Shown here in pieces: positions 47,001 to 60,800 of a stretch of DNA of 64,000 nucleotides. The translations under genes were made by a program, and so were the position numbers. The notes beneath the pieces are model-generated. The model saw nothing but the letters and a program-made list of their open reading frames with translations. It ran no database searches and was not told where the DNA came from. How positions within the stretch are numbered: the stretch's first letter is position 1; every line of letters begins with the position of its first letter. This stretch comes from Botryllus schlosseri (lineage: Eukaryota). Location of the stretch: assembly GCA_051294905.1 (NCBI GenBank), contig CM119377.1, positions 4,340,001-4,404,000 on the forward strand, given 5' to 3'.

Positions 47001-50000
47001 AGGGTTACCATACGTCCTCTTTTAAGAGGATTTGTCCTCTTTTTTGACTTTTTTGAAAGTGTCCGCGGAGTACGCCCTTTTGTCCTCTTTTTTGAGATTT
47101 TGTCCTCTTTTTTGAAAATTTAGGTCAGATTTAGAGCAAATTGCGAGTGATATGCCGTAAATTAGCACAGAACTGACGCTCCGGCGGGTATTTCGGAGCG
47201 AAAATCGGTTATTTTAGCTCTAGGCGGAAAGATGACCTTTCTTTTATTTTTATTTTTTAGTCATCCACCCAGCAATGCGGGAAGAAAAACGGTATTTTGT
47301 GCTCTGAGCGGAAAATATGACCTTTTTTTTAGTCAACCGATCTCAAAGTGGGAAAAATTCACCGGTTTTGTATTAGCTGATTACTTATAGAAAAGTGTGA
47401 TTTTGTCACAGGTATCTGGTCATGAGCAGGTTGAAGGGTGACGTTAGGGAAACATCCTGCTAACAAAATATAGTTAAATGGCGATATTTAATTTATAATA
47501 TCCGTTTCTTCGAACGCAAAAAATAATTATTTTGGCCTTTATAAGTTTCGATGTGTTCATGGGAAAGATTTATTGGTGTCACGGGAAAGAGTGTGTTGTC
47601 ATAAACGTAAAACAATAGAGATCGCTAAGCATCTATGGTCAAACGAAGTGCCGAGTTCAATGTGCCGAGTTGAAGGTGCCGAGTTCACAAAGGGCCGAGT
47701 TCACTGGCAACCAACTAAACGGCACACTTAGTCAATGGTCAATGGGTCACCCATGTCCAGTAGGGCTCTTCAAAAATGACTTTTTTTCTCAAATCGTACT
47801 GGCTACTTGATAAAATTGTTAGGTTACCTAATTTAAGCCTACACACAAAATTTGGTTCAATTCCAGCCCGTAACCGCTTTGCTACAGGAGAAGTAAGTTT
47901 CTATTTATTATGTAAAACTAAATAATAAAAAATTGAAAATTTTCTGTTCACCCCAGGAAAGTGTTGGGCTGTCTATAGAAACGACGCTCACCAAATTTGG
48001 TTCAATTCCAACCAGTGGAAGCGGAGTTATTGCCGTCGAAAAATTCGGATTTGAATAAAATAGTATTTACGGTGAGCACAACTATAATAAATAAACAAAG
48101 AATCGGTCACCGTAAATACTATTTTATTCAAATCCAAAATTTTCGACGGCAATAACTCCGCTTCCACTGGTTGGAATTGAACCAAATTTGGTGATCGTCG
48201 TTTCTATAGACAGCCCAACACTTTCATGGGGTGAACAGAAAATTTTCAATTTTTTTATGATTTATTTTTATATAATAAATAGAAACTTACTTCTCCTGTA
48301 GCAAAGCGGTTACTCGCTGGAATTGAACCAAATTTTGTGTGTAGGCTTAAATTAGGTAACCTAACAATTTTATCAAGTAGCCAGTACGATTTGAGAAAAA
48401 AGTCATTTTTGAAGAGCCCTTATGTCCAGTGGTGGTCAGTAACGATGTACCTACCTACACTCTTTTATAATACTAAGGTAGCTAACTTCCACTGCTACTC
48501 CACAGTTGTCATTTTTAGTCAAGACCAGGCCCATACAATAGTCACTTTTTTTACTTTCATACAAATCGCTAATTCTTCTTCTACTTAGTAAGAATTTTAC
48601 GACGTTACTTCTACGCCTATACTTTAGTGCCAACGATGACTACGTTGACAACCTCCATCCATGCCCCGTTTGAAAAACATATTAGCGTCTTATCATGTAT
48701 TTCCTATTCTTCAATAGCCCAAGCCCGCGTGATAGGTGTAAAATAATCGAAATCCAAATGCTTCTTTAGTTGTTAAATGAAGGCTGTAATTTCCAGAAGC
48801 TCACTTCGAGCAATTATGCATTGTTCGAATAGTACATTTTATCTCGCCACAAATAATGACCGGTTTAAAGATTAGCGAATTTCAACAATGTCACTTGAAA
48901 ATAAAGTTTAGGTAACGTGCTAGGATGCGGTCGATATTTGACATCACTGAATAACTTCGCAAATTGCCATATCAATCTTTACATCACATTCCATTCTTCA
49001 ATTTTACCTTTCCTCGAGCATTCTTTTCCGACCCAACCCGCCTCGCAAATTTTCTCTCCTGTTTGTGGATGACAGAAATATCTTCCGACAGACTCTGTTT
49101 CATTGCACATTTGCATACATCTGGGGCCGAAGTGGTGGGGAATACATTCCAGAACCATTCCAACCGCCAGGCCTGTAACAGAATAAGAAAGAATTGCAAA
49201 TGGATCTAGCAATTTTATTATAGATTACTTCTTGACCAATTCATACATTGCTGTGCATTAACAGCATTCTTTCTGCACATCCCTTTAACATTCATATCAC
49301 CACGTTAACTGTATAAATGTATCATTGAATTGTCCAGTGCTTTAATTGTTCCCGCCATCTTATGACGTTTCGTCAGTATTTGAGATGATTTGAGTTGATA
49401 ACTCGCCAGCTGTGGCGTGAGCTGCAAAATTACGTGTGTTGTGTCGTTGGGAACCAACGTTGTCATGGGAACTCAAGAGAGCTCTCTAAGTCACTCAATC
49501 GGTGAGATTCACGGTTGAGGACGACTGTTGGTGTTGGTGTTGGCGTATGCCTTAAACAATAGCGGGCTAAAACTAGGTTGATTAGTGAGTGATTTTGAAT
49601 ATACTTTATTGTGTTGGAAGCCTAATCAGTTTGATCACTGACCACTGACCAGCGAGCATGTGTGTTTTATAGGTTGTTCTGGTATATATGAGTAGACTTC
49701 GGATTTCACAAGTTCTCAAAAAGCCTGCATGCTACTCCGCGTATTTTGAATAGTTGGATTACTGGTGTAAGTGTGCCTATCCCATTGCATTGCGCAGACA
49801 TATCCAAAGAACGATGCCTCATTCGGGCGTGTCGTGCTATCATGCCAATTGTGCCGGTCCCACAAACCGTCGATACTCCGTCCTTCTACGACCATTTCAT
49901 TTTGACCATGTGCCAAAGTCCATATAAGGTGAGAAAAGCCACTCCTTCTTATCCGTATGTTATCTCAGTACACTTCCAATGCATTGTGATTAATTGGTGT

Positions 50001-53000
50001 GGTGGCGGCCGCGATTTTATGTCACAACATTGTGCTTCAGGTTATATAGTATCATGTTAGCGATAAAGTCTCTGAATGATAACATGAATGTTCATCTCAT
50101 ATCTGCTGCGGGTGGTAGCCACAGCGAATCGCACAGCGCCTGACGTTCTTATCTGACAAGTCTGTCTGCCCTGTCAAGCTTATAAGTAGCATTTGTCCTA
50201 GCTTTCTGAAGCCTATCAGTATAATATTACCGCAATAACATCCCGCTATCAGAATACATGATGCGAAATGTGTGTAACAATCTTTTGTAGTGCATGTTGC
50301 AATAACAGCTCACAGCACATTTGAATCGATCCATTCGCCACTATGGTCTTCATTTTGGAGAGAAACAATCACGAGTATTTATTTCTAGGGAGTGCGAATA
50401 TTTCCCGTGTGTCGATATGAGAAACGGATAGGATATATATGGCGGAGTCCCCAACCTTGGCAATTTCACATCTCTGATCCTAATTTCCCTTACGCACTTA
50501 CAAAATTCAGCCATTACCATGCCTGGTTTTATTCAGCTCAAGTTGTGTGGCTACTACCGGTACTTTCAATATTAAACGCGTTAATTAAGCCTGAAAACCG
50601 GCCGACCATAATTCGTCGGGCCCGATTGGAAAGTTTAACGATCTGTATGTTGCCCAGGCTTGATTTACCGGCTATTGTTGAGCCTATACTGGGACATCTT
50701 CCGAAAACCATGGCTAAATCAACACAAACCTTCTACGGTGAAGATAGACTGTCTCTCGTCTTCGTTAGGAAATATTGCTGGGATGGCAGCATAGTCGGTG
50801 ACAAAGTTTGATTCAATCTCCTTCAGCATTTTCATATTTCCATTGTCAGGATTCGCTTTCTGCCATGAATTTCTATCCAGAATCACCAAGTGTGAAAATA
50901 TCTGATGTAAAGACAACAGTAGTTAATTACTTTCTATTGAAATTCATACATTTTATTGGTTTCGGTAAGGCCTTAATCGGTCGGTATTATACATTTCAGG
51001 AGATTGAATGTTTGCGGGAATTAACAAAAACAGCGTTTTGAAAGAAATACATTAACACACTACACACGTTTTTGATAGCTATGTAACGCATAATTCAATG
51101 TATCATGCAAGGCATTGCAAAGTCGATTTTCATAGTTTCGCATTACATAGTGGAAAGTACTTCGGCATTATATTTTGTAAATTCAGTTTCAATAGTAATT
51201 AGGAGCTGTGCGTCAATGTTAATATAAGAGGTTATTGAATGGATTGTTCGCGCAAGTGAACCTTTCTCTGGAAAGATAGCATCCACGGAGCATCGTGATG
51301 ATGCAAGAGGTAGGATATTGTGTGAAATTCTCCCGTTGTCTATATGTTGCAGGGCAATGATTCAACTCACTAGGAGATGATCCTGGATGTACCGCACTCG
51401 CGTTAGGTCATGTTTACTCGAAACTATGCGATTCATGTGGAATTTGATATTTGGTTACCACCATGGCGGTGTCCAAGAGCGTGCCATATTCTTGGCGTAA
51501 TACATATTGATTCCCTAGGCCTCACGTCACAGCGACGCCATAACTATTCCAGCGGCCACACGGTTCTGCTAGCAACCGGAATAACTGGCAAATAAAACGC
51601 ACGTTTCAGACACAAGCCCTACCATCCCTACATTTCCTCGAGAATTGCCTTTGTCATAATATCTGATATATCGCCGGCATATAAGCACTTCCTTTGATCT
51701 GCCCATGACTTGGCAATTACTTACGATGCTTGTGTAAATGCAGCATTGTAATTAATATTGAAATTGCCGGTTGGGCGTTGGTTGAGTAATCGATCGCGTA
51801 ACTAGTAGCACGTCATGCCCGCGATTAATGATGGATAAGGCGTGAAGTGAAGATGTGCTAAAAATATACAGTATTCCATACGAATCCATTCTTTAAAAAT
51901 GCAAGTGGCCTTTGTCATAATTATATTTAAGAATGTCTGCAATAGCCTACCTTGCATTAGTTAAGCTAATCATAATCATGCATCATAATTTGCAAGCCTT
52001 GGCACTTGCGGGATTTGCTATGTTTTAAACATACATATCTTTGATTAAAAGTGTTTACGTATTATCGAAAATCCAACGATATGATTTAATGCATTTGGTT
52101 GGTATTGCTAGAATTAGGTCCTGCCGACATTTTTTGACAATTCACATCTATGCCATTGATGAATGTTATTTGACATGCGGTGTGCACTAAACAGAAACGT
52201 CCTGCAACACATCCTAGGTTTAATCGAGCGTCACTGCAAATGGAACGATACTGTTGCAGTTCGTGTTGTTAACGGTAATAATCGACTGAAACTTGGGTTG
52301 GTTGCGTGTCTGTTCGTTTTGGCCGTGAATAATCTGAATAGTATACTATATACCAATCTGACGGTGTTTAACAAGAGCACAAAACTGTATACAAACGCTT
52401 ATCCGAATATCTTCCTGAAACTTTTATGCCTACTCGAAGGTCATTGATTTGTGATTACTTTGCTACGGAAGCTCCAATGGATGGTGTGGGATGGATGTTT
52501 TTCTGGTCGGGTATTCTGCTTGCAAGACTGCTCAAGAGACAATATCAAGGACGTGCAATACAGACTATATCAGGACCGTGCTCAAGGTCAAACACATCGC
52601 CCCCTTGTGAAATTGGTAGTGCCAACACATTCAGTGATTGGTTAATCATAACAGTTAGTCTGATCAACCACAGCGAAAACTCACGCGAAACTAAATTTGT
52701 TTTTAATTTACATTTAATATCTCGTAGAATAGTACGGATCGCGGTATTACTGCTTTGGCTTAACAAGCAATATTTCGATAGACCGTGTCTGCGATTCTAT
52801 CAAAGCCACACCAACACAGGCGATCTCCACAAAAGTAAACTGTGACTTTGTTCTCACCTCTTTATCTTGAAACCAAACATTCACATATCTTTCCGAAGAC
52901 TCCGTGACTTCTATACAGCGCACAATTTCCACCGGCTCTGTTTTTCCTTCGACTTTCCCAAGACACACCGACGATTCCGAATTTGGATCGTCGAAAATAT

Positions 53001-53085
53001 CGGAAAATCGCAGCTTGCCGACAAAGTCGCTCCTCACCGAGTACAGACTTATCAGAAAAATCCAAAGCTTTGTGGAAGCTATCAT
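32072..53085 (-). CDS. jag: Serrate/Jagged-like Notch ligand (signal peptide, divergent C2/MNNL, DSL, 13 EGF, reduced Cys-rich domain, juxtamembrane domain, TM, ~92-aa tail)
   Basis: Exons (minus): 53085-52858 (tentative, signal peptide MIASTKLWIFLISLYSVRS), [unresolved], 50872-50730, 49172-49008 (DSL: CIPHHFGPRCMQMC...GRYFCHPQTGEKICEAGWVGKEC), 46750-46650, [unresolved], 43005-42889, 42453-42404, 40518-40356, 40063-39896, 39116-38947, 38629-38502, 38443-38294, 38044-37930, 37777-37644, 36336-36230, 36177-36031, 35360-35202, 35136-34927, 34442-34360, 34301-34173, 34093-34006, 33149-32887 (TM LIISICCVALFVIVVFAIGLLLW-MKKRK), 32821-32749, 32211-32072. Phase-consistent from 43005 to the stop. Jagged-specific features: an insert-bearing EGF like JAG1 EGF10, and CARVWITLNRAELPSETTVQGVCNRVRKIPVLKNV resembling JAG1 [35 protein letters not shown]. 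Confidence 0.88.
35410..35590 (+). mobile_element. Degenerate SINE body fragment in a Jagged intron
   Basis: GGTGTCTTGCAAAAAGCCTAG...GAATATCGGCCTGGTGTCAAATGACC matches the 30207-30488 body. Confidence 0.65.
36705..37515. mobile_element. Terminally eroded CAGTGTTGGGAT-family MITE
   Basis: Collinear with 29467-30663 without the SINE (it shows the empty site GATTACTTGACGACTT...). TIRs are absent. Confidence 0.8.
43562..44411 (-). mobile_element. Internally deleted hAT/Buster element with a transposase C-terminal remnant
   Basis: TIR CAGTGGTTCTTAACC at both ends. The minus strand ~43980-43693 encodes FPSTYCCEVGFSAMAYLSKKK and, frameshifted, KQHQYSH*, typical of the hAT dimerisation domain. The TSD is not intact. 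Confidence 0.85.
45153..45814. mobile_element. hAT MITE, family B
   Basis: TIR (G/T)AGGGCTCTTCAAAAATGACTTTTTT. TSD CAGTACAT / CTGTACAT (7/8). Palindromic interior. Confidence 0.92.
46856..47712. mobile_element. Non-autonomous DNA element with GG...CC ends (Merlin/P/MULE-like), containing a TAGGGTTACCA hAT-like fragment from 47000
   Basis: TIR GGTTGCCAGTGAACTCGGCCC / GGGCCGAGTTCACTGGCAACC. Perfect 8-bp TSD AACTAAAC (46848-46855, 47713-47720). AACTCGGC subterminal repeats. Confidence 0.85.
47761..48421. mobile_element. hAT MITE, family B
   Basis: TIR TAGGGCTCTTCAAAAATGAC. Perfect TSD ATGTCCAG (47753-47760, 48422-48429). Confidence 0.93.
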
Positions 53086-56000
53086 TCTAATTTAAATCTT
53101 TAGTATTGACTATTTCCTGAAACTGGCAAAAGCGATTCTGAGCCAAATTTTTCGCGTCGGCGCATTTTGTTCGTTCTTTCTTTCTTTTCTAATAATCGAT
53201 ACGTTTCAAAATATTCCGGTCCGTTAATAAACCAAATGTCTAATTAAAAACCAACTTTGTCCTGTATTGTTTCGATACATAAGGCTTATATAATTAATTA
53301 TTATTTTAAAATTTATTTTACGCTCAATATAACGCCACTGTGTTTCACATATTGTTAGAATACTAACATACTTATTGTAGGACAGAATGATGCTTTTGCT
53401 CTGCACAATATCTGCATCTTGACACATTCTGACAAAATATTTAGATCGTACAAAGTAGAATGATGCACGGCCACGTTGGTAAACCGTTGTATATCACGTT
53501 TTACAAACTGAAAAGGCTTCTGGTGAAATTGGCGACATTTTTCTTAGATCTTATCACCGTCTTCATCTTCGAAATAATATTCGCGTGTTAAGTTCCGAGT
53601 ACGGATTCTGAAATCCGACCAAAGTTATTTCGCCGTTGGGCATTTTGCGAACGCGTAGGGAAGATATGTTAAGTCTGGCAGACGTTAGCTCGCAAACATT
53701 CGGAACCGTGCTAGGCCGTGCTGTTTACTGATTTAATGAGATTATTATTAATCTACACCGTAGACACATTACCCTATAGACATCTTAGCATTATCACACA
53801 GCATCTCGGTCAAAATGCAGAAGCATATCACATATAAATCTGTGATGCTATCCATACGTAAGCTCTAGAAAAGAAAACGCACCGTATTATTATAGTGGTC
53901 CACAATGTTGGTGTCGGTACATTAATTGAAACAGCGGTGGTCACTAATCTTCAGCGTGCGATCTACATTCAAAATGAATCCTATATTGATGCTGTTTCTT
54001 TCACATAATTTGGTTGATGCTACCTTGATTTATAATTCAAATGATCATGGTGAAGGGAATATGATGGACGGCGGTGTGACTGCAAGACGTCAGGCGATGT
54101 ATGCAACCTGGTTCGCCTTACCAGTAAATTCTAATAGACCTTATGCGCTCCCCTGAATCGGTATTTCAGTTCAAGGTTGAAATGCTTAATGCTATAGAAA
54201 TGCATAATTTTTGACGGGTGACGGATTCCAACATATTCCATCACGCATACTACTATCTAAAGCTATTTGCGGAGTGTCTACCTAGCACCAATTCTACGGG
54301 GATTGACTCGTCGAATCATGCGATTTAGGCGTTATGTCTGGAGATATTGACGATTTCCAACTATATACCTATCTCAATTTTGTGCTATATAGTTGCGCGA
54401 CAGCCGCCATAGCCTTATAAGAAAGCACCGCACAGGTTTTCGGCAGGAAGGGCATCCGCCGTAAGTTCACCTTCAACCTAACAATAATGCAGTGACAAAC
54501 CCTACACGGGAAATGCTGAGTGATCTGCGCGAGTCGAATAATTCAAAGTGATATCACATTAAATCTTCCGAACAATCCAGAATTAATGTAATTACATCAA
54601 TCCATTAATTTCATTAAACTTCCGTTGCCGAACAACGTATTGGTATATTCTACTTTCTTCTAATGATTATAACACGATATACGTTGCAACTTCGTGCGCA
54701 AACCACTATCTACAACACAAAATGTCGTGACTCTGTGATGCAGCAATCTGGTTTTTCCAAAGTATTTTTCCAAAGTCTCGTGGCACCAGCAAAGCAGAGA
54801 CATTTTATTGAATTTGTAATTGATGAGTTATGAACGATGGTTTTAAGGAATTAACTCTAGCGGTGGCACGAAGAGATTAGTATTTCCGAAAGTAGGCTGA
54901 CTGTATCATTTCCGTATTATCTTGGAGGATGTAGCTTATAAATCCATAGATTCAGGGTCTGGATATGCAGGTTAAGATAATTACATCACATCGGGTTTCA
55001 TATTGCGACCTTCCAACTACAAGTTCATTCGATTTCACATGAAATACGGCCACAAGTACGAGAGAGCAGAGATATCTCAAGATATAATATTGCGGATTTC
55101 TCAAAATTTTCCGATATTCGTGTCCAAAGGAAGTACGTCAATGTCTCGACAGTTAGAGAGGAACACGCCTGCATTTCATCGTGCACATTGTGTAGGAAAT
55201 CATATCACGATACCGCGCGCGCGATCAAACAGGTTATGTCTACAATATGCAAAATGCAATCAAGTGACAATTTCTCTTATCTCTGAGAAACGCGGGGGTC
55301 AGCAGATCAAGAGCAAACCAATTTGTGATTATTTGATGCAGTGGATAAGATTGGGAAATGGAACCAATTATATGGATTTCGCTACAATGTACGTGCGCTC
55401 ACAGTGACTCATTTCCTACTGATTCGAACGAAATTTAGTGATGCCATCAAGTATCTTTCGTTTGCTGGTACTTATTCCACATTCTATTATATTGTCATTC
55501 TGTGAGCCATCTGAGACAAGAGCTCTTCAAGTCCTTGCGAATGATTCCTTTGCATAAATACTCGGTGGAACCACGTACCATAATTCCATAATGTCGCGGC
55601 TTATTATTTTGAATTCCACTTCACCGGTTAGCAACAATCAATTCATGACTTCCGTTTTAGTATAGACGGCCACCGTATTATGGAAAAGTAAATCGTTGAA
55701 TAACTCTACCTGTGAAATGTATAATAGTCCGTACTTACAGGTTCCACGCATTCAAGAAATGAACAGCTCCTTTCAAATGTTACATGGGGTCTACCTATAA
55801 CACATTATGTATAACCCGTAACATATGTGATGGTTTGCGTACTTCATAGTTCATAAGTAAATGTGTTTGGGGTTTTGATATATATAGTGGTACAATGCAA
55901 TGAACCTATACAATATCTACTCTACATCTTCTTACATCATCACACCAAGTGGCGTTGTTGATGATATCCAACTACCTATATCACCCAACCTTCGTACGGA

Positions 56001-59000
56001 TATACTGGATAGGTGATGCTTTGAGCGTTGTTTTTTTCTGATATTTGAAAATGAGTAAAAATTTTGTCAAAATTGTAACGTTAGGTCAAAAAATTGTCAA
56101 ATTATTTACAAAGTCAAAAAAATGTTGCCACCTGCATATCGTTTCTATCGTAAATGTTTGCACTGTCGGTGACATTTTACAGCTTTTAGCCTACTTTATA
56201 CGCCTACCGATGAGGTCATTTTTACATACATGAGGTCAAAATTTGGTCAAAATTAAGTTTTTTAAGGTCGGAAAATGTCAAAATCGTGATTTTTTAGGTA
56301 AAAAAATCGCCATAGTAATGATAGTTTAAAATTGAAAGCAATTGGTGCTGACCACAAGCACTTTACAGACATACCGAAGGTCGCAAGGGTCGTCGGAATC
56401 CTCTATCCACGAGGTTATCATATTTTCGTGATGTTGTATAATTCAACACGCGTTATTTTATCCTTTGAAGAATGCCTAAACGACCAAACAATATTAATTT
56501 AAGTGTTGGTTAAGGTTAGTTAATTACCCTTGAAAAAAAGTTGTAACTCACACAGCTTTCCATAACTAGTTCTTGATGGAATATTACATCTAATTTAACC
56601 AGTAAAACAACCCCTGTTGATATAAACCGACGATGATGCCGCCGCTGAAGGTCGAAAAGGTCTATAATTTTGACCAAAATCTCAACCAGTGAGCCGAAAA
56701 GAGTGAGACCGGTGTAGAGATTACGGTCATTGGTCATGTTCCACTGCGATAATGCCACGGAAATTCCAATGACTTCTTTATACTTCGTTATCAAGATTGC
56801 TTAAGTACATCATACGCGCGTTCTTGTCGTCCAACTACCATATGGTCGACGTATAAGATCATCGCTCCATCAAATATGCCGGACCTGCCCAGACCTGCAG
56901 TGGGGAACAGTATCTCGTCGGCTATCCGACAACCGTCGAGCATATCCAGTGTCCACATTCAAGTCGAAATACGAAAAATATTTACTAAATCAATACCATA
57001 GTCTGCCCTCATGTTTACCGGACCACGACCTGACATATCGATCTCGCTTTCCGGCACATGCCACCTCTTTTAGTCGCCTGTCCTTTTATATAATCTTATT
57101 TTACTTTCATTCAATGTACAACTGTGCAATGTGCATGCCTACTTTTTACACCGCCTAGGCCAGGTGGATATCTGATTTCGAAGACTTCTCCAAATCGTTT
57201 CGACACCTTCCTATCTTTCATTATATCGCAGTCTTGTGGTGTATTGCCATGATGAAATTGTTAACAATAAAATGAATTGAATTGGTTTGCCCTTTCAGTT
57301 TATGAACCCATGATTTAGGCTATGCTGTGCCTCAAATAAGCTGGTAGCCACATTCCCACTCACGGCGTCATTGCCAAAGGATAATAATCTGGTTTTGTAG
57401 TTTTGTAATGATGTAGTTCAACATTGCCCTTTCACGGGCCCCAGTTTAAGAACCCATTTGCATATGCCGTAATGCTTCGATGCTTCCTGATTGACGTCCT
57501 GCATGGAGAATGAAAAATAACTCGATTTGCTACCGCTTGATCCGCTGCATGATATCGCAAAGTCCGCATGTGCCTTTCGGCTTTCGACGACGCTGCCCTC
57601 AGTTTGCATATTGCGATATTGAAATGCCTGGAGGTTGGAATGAGTCACGGGTGGGAGAAATACAGAATATAAGGGATTTCGAAATTTTCAATGTTGATTT
57701 CAAACCCACAATTACACTCCAAAAATATAACATGACAGTTCCCGAGTGTCAGTCGAACCACACGAGCTTTCTATAATTGCGTACATCTATTTCAGTAAGT
57801 TATCCGTCACCCCCTCGCTGTCTGACACGATATTACTTTGATTTCCGAGTAACGAATTGGTAAATATATAGCTTGTTTATTGGTATATATATTTAAATTA
57901 CTCTAACAGCAATATTGCTGCGTCTTGCTTTACCAGATCGAAGCCAATTATTTTGCTGCCACACTAAAGTATGCCACACCTGCGTTCAGGCGCGACCCAT
58001 AGACAATATGTAGAATATGCAGAATGATTGGTGCCGTGAAAATATATAAGTGGAACCGGCGTAAATGTCATTCTTGTCGAGTACTTGAATATGTGGTCTC
58101 ATTCTCGAATTTATTCATTCACGCACGCCGAAGCTACGAGCAGTTTAAGCTGCCAATTGCGGCTTAAAACTATGTTGACGAACAAACTCTTCAAGATGGC
58201 ACGTAAGATATCTGACACACACAAAAGTGCAATCCACTTTAAATATACGATTTAGTAATGAGCTAGTATGAATATGATGAACTTTTAAACAAAGGTCCAT
58301 ACTCTGCATGTTATACGATTGATTATAGAAAATATAAGGATTTACGTTGGCGGTCAATCCGAACGCCGACTTCGTCAGATTTCAAAATCACTGACCATTG
58401 AAAAGTTTCTTGACCTTCGCAAAGTCTCGTGGTCATATTACCAGACATTTGCACTCCGGAAACGTAATATTTTAAAATTCTGATCAGTAACTTCGAGAGT
58501 ATTCTGTATCGCCCTTGAATAAACAAACAACGCGAAGTGATGGTGGTTTTTTTGACACACTATCCACTGACGAGAGTGTGGCGGCACGATACTGATTACC
58601 CAACATCATCATCCAATTGCAATTCTAAAATAGATCTGACTATAGGCCTCGCACCTTGTGCGTGAAGTCATATTCTACCCATGACCTAAATCTCACCATG
58701 ATTTACGATTTTATCCAAGGCGTTTATTGACATCTCTCAATTCCTACTCTTCAAAATCCCCCGCTTTAGCAGTGCAATGTGTCGTCAATTGTTGGATTAG
58801 CGAGAATTGCAAAATGCACATGCACAGCACATGCACGTAGCGATAAATTGGGTTTACCCAGTCCGGGCCCCGAAAACATTTTATGCATATCGAAACACAG
58901 CAGATGCTCCCGATTATAAGTTTACACATGCTTCATTACAATTTTGGACCCCGTCTCTGACACAGCGATATTGCTAGGCGCTTGCTGGATTATTTTGCGT

Positions 59001-60800
59001 AATCATGTCTGCATTTCATCTAAGGTTATATACAAGTCTTCTCTCATGCATTTAATTTATATGTATACAGCGAACAATGGGTGTTTGCACAGCAGAATGC
59101 AGTCTCCAAACTCGTTTCCCGGGGTTGCGATATCTGCACGAATGTAACGAGATGATGATTTATGAAGGTCTGAATCAAGCCTGCCACTCGTCAAGTAACC
59201 TAAAATTTGTTACGTTCAATCCCACATCCTTCGAAGCACAACATGCTAATACAATGAAGAATGATGCGTAATATTGGAACAAGTTCTTTATATTATTCTA
59301 ACGCACCTCGTGAAAGGTCGCGCTTGCAACGGACAAACCGCAATTGTTTCTGTACTTTCGGCACAAAAGCAGCGTGTTTTAATGTCTATTGTAGATTGTG
59401 CCCAAGTATTTGTAAGGTATTCGATTTATTATTAGCTATTCTAAATAGTGTTCTGTAAATAGTTAAAAAGTATATTCTTGTTTAAAATATTTTAATCCAC
59501 GAACAATTTATCGTGTTTAGCATTAAATACGTTATAATATTGCGATGTCTGCTGGCTATGTCAAGAAGATTATTAAACAGTTGATTCGACAAGAATGATA
59601 TATAGGAATTAAAAAAGAATGTGTTATGGGATTAGGAATTGGATATACAGGCTACACGTATTCGTTTTAGTCGGTTCACGTGAATGTAAACTAATATTTT
59701 ACGTATAGCTTGTCTTATCTATATACAATACATACTCTAATTATATAGCATTCGGACAAAAGGTCAGTCCATCGCTGTCAGCCCATGTATTCAGATGCGA
59801 CTTCCCCCTATCGGTGCGAAATGTGATGTCGCCGGTAAGATCGCGTTCATTTAGCCGACATCTCTCACCATTTACTTATTAAATATGCTTCTAACGCCGC
59901 AAGGTATGTCGCAAAATGTCAATACGCACCTAACGTGACCTCGGACTCGTATTGTATACTATTCGTTTCGTCTGGTTCTGGATTTGGCATGAGAAATGGC
60001 CTTACCCATCATCCTGACGTATCGCAACAGTCAGCAATAGAACACAAATGCACTCGTACGGAGGATTCTTGACACTCCATTTTACTCATTCGACAACTCG
60101 CGAATAATCCGATATCTTCATCTTTCTGAGAATTTTTTCTGGTAAAGAATAAGCATTCCAAGAATGCTGCATACTTCCAGCATGTTTGTATTATCGAGCA
60201 TGATAAACACATCGTTGCGACTATGCAATTTCTGCGCTTGTAACGGCAAATGACGCGACCTGAACAGTTTTAAATCCGTTTTAAGGCGGTACGCAATTCA
60301 TTACAGTAGCACGTCTCATTTACAGAACATACATCACTCTTAACGAACTGAACGGGAAGTCATCTTCAAAATGACGGGAGATTTGCGATAAACACAAACA
60401 ATTTGACGGGATAAGATTTGGAATTTAACCAATTATGCGGCGGACAGCTGGAATTATCGATTATGCACATATGTGTCGCAGGAAAGTTACAAAATTAGGA
60501 AGTACGATCGGTTCTAGAGGCTGACGCAGATCTTAATTTTGGATGGTCCTTATCTGTGTGGAGTGAAAACCTAATCTATATTGGCTGTAGCAGCATTCTG
60601 TGATTATATTATTTCATGGCATACCAGCTGAGTCGTTAAAAAATTCATTAAATACTGCGACGCGTTTGGGCTTTCTACCCACAGGATTCATTCGGTTCCA
60701 TAATTACCGTGACTGCTTCAAAAATATCCGATACACGATACGAATGTCATCTGTGATGTAACACAACGAGTTACGAGTTATCTATACGATTTTCGAAAAA

